Positions 58,901 through 64,000 of a DNA stretch of 64,000 bases are shown here, in pieces. Position 1 is the stretch's first letter, and every line of letters starts with the position of its first letter. The stretch is taken from the IMG/VR virus record IMGVR_UViG_3300048581_000043; one strand, written 5' to 3'. Made by a program: the position numbers and the translations under genes. The stretch is from an uncultured virus (IMG/VR IMGVR_UViG_3300048581_000043) (Duplodnaviria > Heunggongvirae > Uroviricota > Caudoviricetes). Under the pieces are notes generated by a model. That model saw nothing but the letters and a program-made list of their open reading frames with translations. It did no database searches and was not told where the DNA came from.

Positions 58901-59705
58901 ACTTACTACAGCAGTAAAAGAATTAACTACAACAGACAAAGCCTTGAATACAGTTAAATCTCTTTTTAGTCAAGGCGCAAGTGTAACTGATGAAGTCTCT
59001 GGGTGGTTAGGTTCAAAAGGAACTTTGGCAGGCAAGTTCTATGCTCAGGCATATAATGATGGATTAAAATCAACCATAACTTCTTTTGCCAATAGTTATA
59101 AACTTAATGTTTCTTATGCCGATGTTGTAAACGGTGTTAATGCAATCAGGGCTACAGAAGGAACTGCTGCAGTAACCGATCTATATGGAGTTTCTACATC
59201 AGAAATATCTTCTGCACTAAAAACATTATGTCATGGACAAATCAATGCTGATGGAACTGCTGTTGCTACTGATACGATGAATAAAGCAGTTGATGCATTC
59301 GCTTCTAAGTTAACTTTAACTTCTGGAGTTGCTGCGGCTAAAACCGCTTCTGCAGTTGGTGTTTCTACACTTAAGGATTACACAGGTTTAATCAAAGGAA
59401 CTTTTGCCAAAGCAAGTGGCGTAACCACTTTAAATATGATAAAAACAATGGCGGGCGCAGGCACTGTAGCTTACATTCAAATGTTTGCAGGTATGGATGA
59501 TAGTAACTATGCGTGTCCATTAAGAATCTCTCCTCTTAGTTGGAGAAATGACCCCTTTGTTTGTGGATTAGATGGACTTACCAGAGAGTCCGGTATTCTT
59601 AACTATGTTAAAGGGCAATGGAAATTATACATGGGTTCTGTTACTACAATCTCAGATTATATTACTCAATACATGGATGGCATAAGTCAGACCTTAGATT
59701 TGTGA
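52914..59705 (+). CDS. large baseplate hub/tail-associated protein
   Basis: 2263 aa; SIRVGY...LFNGYIT...IECQSYG and YSGNLVIRGDPELKP hub-like segments; synteny. Confidence 0.65.
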   Translation: MSNNSVINSSANNERTSFQYDPRDLPGATRIGNVWLHVPPINLRFGHAKATDLRKVLRQSGPEYVKSGRGVKTVDIDLVFSGANQINNKLARILATLRRTPFIIVNNETICKEMNYQSNNAINNDVPMAVTAYTFRTELELPDTIIMHLSMMFFNFLPYVKTFQYLKHTGDFNKDGTPTLVPCQGIEDSNLYRQYVDALLKKSVEIGDFMFGGEIDSAGSLSPEELAKQKNAKNEFNSRIDFQRSDVVRNGSVIRLTDNYDSAKQDLVIGYHVFSLAQALDLKLGAYKSRRLHKWVWTEDDLRKDMKLCVTNLPDSMSVTQAVTQYYEELMTLPVINNGAKYPKKFRISTNNTCVIHGLAVRRSINLTPLPILSCETPTIQYTGGAVTDISLTLVVNDENFIEQLRAVDSSIEESSRNKRHLAGTEMSYIENDLVNLNGTFTIHTGDMDIQNIPGNPGSYMVNWNFNEQTEGLYALTSPPNEIPKLKQTMLEQILTVYRNWQYTDAYNKKRHDLNFDDIDPSYIKIFVIPSLIRSVRNGFVEFMKQNGYVNSSDFTNESISGVLDAATAMITQGQVQTINFDYLWEDPPFVDDGSVSETADDQETRYETAYNKIWHLMTGQLGTSDINKDTNTTTLYQQFKYYLYAQLATLSGVNATNTNTETGMIKGTAALLARSNNRRFELFLRQPNIREYEIKKMMGNTSSGTSTGSGYYWTSMMGEKVYYDDLSIRDYVSSLADACAEYTIDEKPLFKQPTHPDLTEAELRQGSIYLLRGDDVSNAAFKELMRPHIEKWIARHSSSGANIGSAKDAFSTFLNATSKLTCYPDLGLPFDYDIEKADGTKTGKFITFTEPDFYIQSYSIKDIGGIDDSDISLVAIKKRLALASQGIPTLAITGNTVPSIERTNGMVNNDIRNSEPYKPLGSTSKTTSSPKDIQQREIDLLNNSINKELATTKAYYKNAHGGNISPGEMAKLRNNETDFSMLSDAELFMTTALAKTVGNIAGETSPKTIDEAMREHKIFHSTYMDYNPDFEHTLPNIIEKAQNQILENPKYYSMAGAYPTFKLYFRAENQNEWLLFDNFFDYRMISSIRIFKDKGSPSTSAVIEMVNQKNVLNDLTALLAKSSHLTADGNNASANKLDYTSDQGGSKPLAKLMLQAGTAVSIRVGYNSDPDLLSTLFNGYITGVDPGEAFTIECQSYGAELDTESNMTSITGRFCHPGQYLWMMMTDPKVKHLGHLFEAKTLPNSAKDYLDWAAFGHNIYINDTMEPGKLRYLQAYNAENMSKWDVFQDMAAAHPGYICQVVPYGNRETVFFGKPDHFYTYTDDPGVTRNYSLPYKNDSGTPSSLKTFINSCINGAADSYGPQPAGLDVMSTADYKTAWNSLQLGNFSVNLNYMQWKAYGDSIKDIIDINKQAISQTKKYDIFVALQYCRLVEYLTALDADPAVGNIQYRQISLTGQADSVDSLSSNALKSAQASQTTALKTYLQSLSASELTNTIQTVINNYSEDPSINPSSAAQYDNKLTKLRADVLKIQTNPSYMTSFDISKYDNKIQAAFTNSLKNRTVHLQYFLTGGTEANRELGATWSNMSKKSFQDSSYDFNILEVNPDLQSAEELMLNYKNTKDPDIISQGMFSDSTHVTRAFFKAAQATYNETGIASPIACACWYRIAFLLFGQLRKKTGQKGNQTVTYMNDINNLQDYSSTGLFFDSLGIQVFNTDDAGVTTDQLGTVKFNGPIFRTDLKAHIALRNIILGKLTSFSADLQELLFTLGQAPNKKTFRNYKILTSHEHIINNSIKLDYIGMWNAVKLKYKRHDFMDVYIPSPVIGVANAVVTAGSYGMLNLGWGDKPNSYVIQAGQTLDDRITREITIPIENARTVAQARNYSTSLLAEGIRNMYSGNLVIRGDPELKPTDICFIYDDYNAMYGAIEVKSVLNLFTPDTGYITVIEPQAYVEPLGINFSAAALICEVFNDILTAVAVIGAAETFGASLGLLGEKAALTTAVKELTTTDKALNTVKSLFSQGASVTDEVSGWLGSKGTLAGKFYAQAYNDGLKSTITSFANSYKLNVSYADVVNGVNAIRATEGTAAVTDLYGVSTSEISSALKTLCHGQINADGTAVATDTMNKAVDAFASKLTLTSGVAAAKTASAVGVSTLKDYTGLIKGTFAKASGVTTLNMIKTMAGAGTVAYIQMFAGMDDSNYACPLRISPLSWRNDPFVCGLDGLTRESGILNYVKGQWKLYMGSVTTISDYITQYMDGISQTLDL

Positions 59706-59712
59706 GGAAGAA

Positions 59713-60516
59713 ATGCAAACAATACAACAAACTACAAAAAACTTATCCAGATTAGAATCAGATAGTACACCACGTTCTTCGATGTGCAAAATTCTTGCTA
59801 TCTCTCCAGATTCTATTCGAGCCATTGTAGTTCCAATGGCTGATGGTGAAATAGATGCTAAACCAATCACTGTAAATATTTTAAGAACTCCTGGTATTTC
59901 TATTCCTTACGATACAGTCAGTTGTATTGGGTTATTACATGGGGATCCAAAAGCGCCCTATGGTGTAGAAATCTTTATTAGAACCACCCCCCACCCTGAC
60001 TTAAGTCATAATATAACGAATTCTTTGTACGGTTCACCAGGAGAAAGTAAAGAAACAGATGTTATCGGCAGATTTGATGTCGAAACAGATAATACTGAAG
60101 CGCAAATTAATATGAAACGTTATCCTCAAGCGCACGCAATGGTTTTAAAACCACCAAAAATTATCCCCGCAGATTATATTGGAAATAATGACTTTATTAA
60201 TGATGATCAACGCGCATTGATTGATGATCAGGGAGCATATGTTTCTATTAGTGAAGATGAGTCCAGACTAATAGCTGATAATGAAAATGGCATTCTAATT
60301 AATGCTAAAAGTGGCGTCTCTATTGAAGGAAAATTAAACATAGGCGCTTCATTTGAAGATATTCGTATAAATGGAGCATGGAAACTTAACCCAATGATGA
60401 AGTTTATGATCCCTTCTACCGCTGTAAGTCCAATACCTACTGTAATTTGGGATCCACCTGGAACCAGTTTGGTAAATGGATTAAGTTCTATAATGAATGA
60501 TATTAAAAACACTTAA
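59713..60516 (+). CDS. putative baseplate spike/gpV-like protein
   Basis: between hub and gp25-like genes; OB-like N-terminus and beta-rich C-terminus. Confidence 0.5.
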   Translation: MQTIQQTTKNLSRLESDSTPRSSMCKILAISPDSIRAIVVPMADGEIDAKPITVNILRTPGISIPYDTVSCIGLLHGDPKAPYGVEIFIRTTPHPDLSHNITNSLYGSPGESKETDVIGRFDVETDNTEAQINMKRYPQAHAMVLKPPKIIPADYIGNNDFINDDQRALIDDQGAYVSISEDESRLIADNENGILINAKSGVSIEGKLNIGASFEDIRINGAWKLNPMMKFMIPSTAVSPIPTVIWDPPGTSLVNGLSSIMNDIKNT

Positions 60517-60570
60517 TGTTATAATTTAAATGGGTTGTTCTAACCCCTTCCCCTAATAACTGGAGTTCAA

Positions 60571-60990
60571 ATGTCTGGTTTATATACAACACAAGATATA
60601 AAGATGACTGCTAGTGGAGATTTTTTAATAGGAGCTAATGGCGATTTTGTCAAAGCTACTATTGATGAAACCACCCAACAAGATACTATTATATATCTTT
60701 ATACTGCATTAGGAGATATGGAAGCTTTGCCGAATATAGGCTCTACAATTGAAACTTTTAGAGGAGAACCTAACTCTAAAACTAATGCAGGTCTGATAAT
60801 AACCGAAGCAGCCCGTGCTCTTACTGTTGGTGGAAGGTTTTCAGCATCGGACATAACTATAAATGCAGTACCTATAGCTATTGACAAATTGGTATTATTT
60901 GTTACAATAGCTAACCTGGTAAGTATTCTTTCTAGTTCTATGACCTTTACATTTGACTATGTAAAAGGTATGAATCTGCAAACCAACTGA
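60571..60990 (+). CDS. gp25-like baseplate wedge protein
   Basis: GDF...L-x-T-x-GD...P-x-IGS-x-I...GEPN. Confidence 0.75.
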   Translation: MSGLYTTQDIKMTASGDFLIGANGDFVKATIDETTQQDTIIYLYTALGDMEALPNIGSTIETFRGEPNSKTNAGLIITEAARALTVGGRFSASDITINAVPIAIDKLVLFVTIANLVSILSSSMTFTFDYVKGMNLQTN

Positions 60991-60997
60991 GGAAAAG

Positions 60998-62233
60998 ATG
61001 GCTATTATAATCAAAGATAGCGATACATTAAATAAGCAAACCATAGAATACTTGGCTAATTATACTGCATCATCCAATACTAGTAAGGGAACGCTTGTTC
61101 AAGCTGTTGTATATGCGGTTAATGCTGCGCTTGGTGAATCATATGAGATTCTAACTTCTAGTGTTGCTCAGGCCTACTTATCTAGTGCTACCGGAAATAA
61201 TCTAGATCTGATGGGCGTAGTGCTAAATATCAAGAGGGGTGGACAACAACTTTCTTCTGCAAGTCAAACGCAGAGATTCTTTGTGGTATCAGATACATTA
61301 GGTACCGTAGCCGCCACACTCAATAATAGAATTCCTGCCGGAACTCTTGTCTATACTGCTGATTCCAGTATACAGTACCGTCTAATTAGCGATATTGTTT
61401 TTAATGATTCTGACACTTCTGTTTATGGAAACATAGAAGCTGTATCTGGCGGAAGTACATCTAATGTAGGAGCGAATACTCTTACCTATCACAACCTCGG
61501 AATTACAAATCTTCTAACTACAAATATGTCTGATGTCACTACTGGAACAGATACTCAAACCGATGAAGAATACAGATATATTCTTTCTAAAGCAGTAACT
61601 GCCGCTGAAGCTGCAAATGAAACAGCTGTTAGATTAGCAGCTCTTAGTATTAGTGGCGTCTCCGATGTGTTAATTGTACCTTACATAGAAGGGGTAGGCA
61701 CATTCGGAATTATAGTAATAGGTACTACTCCTATCGTTTCTACTGATGTCTTAAATAATGTAACAATTGCAGTTAATACAGTTAAGGCATTAGGAGAATA
61801 TACTACTATCTCTCACCCACGTTATATTGGGTTCGAGATCAATGCTCATCTTATTTTTAGAAGTACAACGGATGCCGTTACTAAACAAAGTGTAACAGAT
61901 TTAGTCCAGTCCAACATCTATAACTACATAGACAATATTCCAATGGGCAATGAATTTGTTCGAAACGAAGTTATTCAAGTAACTATGGACACATCTACTG
62001 AAATTCTAGATATCGATACTGACCCTAATTCTTCTACTTGTCTTTCAATCCATTACTGGTCACCTACAACTATAGAAATAGATAGTAATGACAATGAAGT
62101 GTCTAACCGCATAAGAACATTGTTAACTTCTAATTACATTGGTTTCTTTGATGACAAACCTATCACTGAACAAAACGTGCAAGGTTATGTTCACGATACT
62201 TCATTTACTCCAATCACGGTAACATATGAATAA
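60998..62233 (+). CDS. baseplate J-like wedge protein
   Basis: ATGNNLD-x-G...R, IPAGT, GTDTQTDEEYR, SISGVSDV. Confidence 0.85.
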   Translation: MAIIIKDSDTLNKQTIEYLANYTASSNTSKGTLVQAVVYAVNAALGESYEILTSSVAQAYLSSATGNNLDLMGVVLNIKRGGQQLSSASQTQRFFVVSDTLGTVAATLNNRIPAGTLVYTADSSIQYRLISDIVFNDSDTSVYGNIEAVSGGSTSNVGANTLTYHNLGITNLLTTNMSDVTTGTDTQTDEEYRYILSKAVTAAEAANETAVRLAALSISGVSDVLIVPYIEGVGTFGIIVIGTTPIVSTDVLNNVTIAVNTVKALGEYTTISHPRYIGFEINAHLIFRSTTDAVTKQSVTDLVQSNIYNYIDNIPMGNEFVRNEVIQVTMDTSTEILDIDTDPNSSTCLSIHYWSPTTIEIDSNDNEVSNRIRTLLTSNYIGFFDDKPITEQNVQGYVHDTSFTPITVTYE

Positions 62234-64000
62234 AAACTATCTTTCACCTTTAACTCAAGAGATTGCCAATAAGTTTGCTTCTTGGCAAGACGTAAGAAAT
62301 AACACCGCTGGTGGGGGGTGGAGATTTCTAAATACCTTTGGTGTTCATTTCAAAGATTACACAAGGTCTCAAAACTCGGCTATTCAATCTTTGTTTCTTT
62401 CTACTGTTGATTTATCTCAAATGGATGTAATATATAAAGCCACTTTACCTTACCAAACAATTTTGGATACATCGAATCTTCCAATCGTTACAACGGAATA
62501 TGGAACGTTATCAACAACCGATACCGATGCCGATTTTCTATATTTATCTAACCCGACTCGTATCCAATTTCAATCGATCATTACAATAAATGATTTGACT
62601 ACTGAAACATTTAATGGCTCTCTTGAATATGACTTACCTTATATTAATGCTGATAAGGATAGTCTAGCCATGTATTACGGATTTGATTCCAATAATAATC
62701 TAATCAAATATTATTGGATACCCCCTAGCAATCTAGAAAAACAAGTCTTAGGAACTTATCAATTACGAGATACTAATGGCATAGTATTAAATACCACACC
62801 AGATACCTGGGCTCTTCATGAAGATCTTCTGGTCCTAACTTATGGGTCTAACTTATATTTCTTCGATATTAATATTCCTCTTGATGCTTATATAACTAAC
62901 CAAGCACAAGAGCAAACCTACTGCAAAGCTTTTTTGCAACAAACTCTAGAAACACCTATTATAGGCTTATCATTTGATGAACAAAAGAAATATCTAATTG
63001 CAATCTCTGCTAATAATACTTATTATAAATATCGCATATGTCATGACATTTGTATGTTCGACACAACTCGCAAAGTCTTATTGACTCGCGAAAAATATAA
63101 TGACCTTCAAATAGGTAATATACCTTACAGTCTGGCAGAGATGAATATATGGAATAACCTAGATGATTTTGGCGTTTTCTTGGATCAGTCAAGAGATATA
63201 GGCGAAGAAAATAAAGATTATAAAACTCGTCTACTGGATGTTTTCAAATTTCGGAGTAACTCAACTGCCCAAGGTGTAGTCAACGGAGTAACTAGAGAGT
63301 TTGATAATTTAAGATATTATGGTTATTGGTCACCGGGCTCTTATCCTACTTCCTTATATCCTGATGGAAATTATATTACAGGATATAATATTTATGAAAG
63401 TGGTATTTATCCAGACAATACTTATGATATAGCCAAGATCAATGCATTGCAAGACCCTTTTTATTACTCTACATTAGTAACTAGCGGAATACCTAATTCA
63501 GCAGAAATAGCTGGATACACTAAAGAAATATTACAAACATTCCCTATTATTTGGGGTAGTGGCACAGATGACATTTATGCTTTTATTTGGGATCTAGCTC
63601 ACTTTGATAGTGGAACAAACAAAGCCAAATATGTACCTAATTTCTTTAGCGTAATTGCTTCTGGAATTGAACCTGTATATTTTCAAAGTGGTGTAAATAA
63701 TCCATCTACAAACGAGTTGATGGTTTCTTTTAATCTTGATAATGCAACCAACTGGCAAGCTCGTGTTAATACGGGAGATTTTTATATACATGAAACTCCT
63801 TATCATGTTTACTCTGATCCAGGTTACGATCTAATACCTTCTGGAACAACCACTTACTTATTACCATCTTCTTTTCAACCTGGTCAATTAATTCTTATCA
63901 CCGAATCTGGTTATGGAGAATGGGCTAACGTTATAGAATCAGGAATTATTCCTACAGGTCGCGAATATATAGTTAGTGGTGACACAATCTCTTTAAATTA
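62226..64000 (+). CDS. baseplate wedge/tail protein, truncated by window end (not in track)
   Basis: manual translation MNKNYLSPLTQEIANKFASW...; contains WNNLDDFGVFLDQSRDIGEENKDYKTRL. Confidence 0.7.
   Translation, partial: MNKNYLSPLTQEIANKFASWQDVRNNTAGGGWRFLNTFGVHFKDYTRSQNSAIQSLFLSTVDLSQMDVIYKATLPYQTILDTSNLPIVTTEYGTLSTTDTDADFLYLSNPTRIQFQSIITINDLTTETFNGSLEYDLPYINADKDSLAMYYGFDSNNNLIKYYWIPPSNLEKQVLGTYQLRDTNGIVLNTTPDTWALHEDLLVLTYGSNLYFFDINIPLDAYITNQAQEQTYCKAFLQQTLETPIIGLSFDEQKKYLIAISANNTYYKYRICHDICMFDTTRKVLLTREKYNDLQIGNIPYSLAEMNIWNNLDDFGVFLDQSRDIGEENKDYKTRLLDVFKFRSNSTAQGVVNGVTREFDNLRYYGYWSPGSYPTSLYPDGNYITGYNIYESGIYPDNTYDIAKINALQDPFYYSTLVTSGIPNSAEIAGYTKEILQTFPIIWGSGTDDIYAFIWDLAHFDSGTNKAKYVPNFFSVIASGIEPVYFQSGVNNPSTNELMVSFNLDNATNWQARVNTGDFYIHETPYHVYSDPGYDLIPSGTTTYLLPSSFQPGQLILITESGYGEWANVIESGIIPTGREYIVSGDTISLN

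Noticed and set aside
29367..63806. Many 60-130 aa minus-strand ORFs in the structural region
   Set aside because: They are antisense shadows of long + strand genes, without recognisable motifs
1..64000. CRISPR array, rRNA, complete tRNA, integrase, transposase or reverse transcriptase
   Set aside because: No repeat-spacer periodicity, full cloverleaf or diagnostic motifs were seen
1..64000. Alternative genetic code (stop-codon reassignment)
   Set aside because: Genes up to 6.8 kb are intact under the standard code, and TAA, TAG and TGA all end coupled genes

Overview
This window is a 64-kb segment of a large, AT-rich tailed phage with myovirus morphology and an undetermined host. Positions 1-6.1 kb hold leftward small hypothetical ORFs and several structured intergenic RNAs, followed by an AT-rich non-coding gap (6.1-6.9 kb). 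A visibly GC-richer leftward operon (10.9 to 6.9 kb) has no recognisable sigma70 promoter. It contains a canonical type III hammerhead ribozyme, two copies of a covarying pseudoknot and a 22-bp terminal hairpin. From 11 kb everything runs rightward: sigma70-driven small ORFs, a tubulin/FtsZ-family GTPase, and a candidate anti-Shine-Dalgarno sRNA. Packaging and head genes follow (terminase, portal-MuF fusion, protease/scaffold, capsid), then neck, sheath, three tube paralogs, chaperones, a tape-measure-like protein and the baseplate. The main finding is the 1236-aa ORF at 49204-52914, inside the tail module. It carries collinear beta and beta-prime double-psi-barrel motifs ending in DLDAD, which suggests a single-chain virion-delivered RNA polymerase. 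All calls come from reading motifs and synteny by eye; no database searches or folding programs were run.
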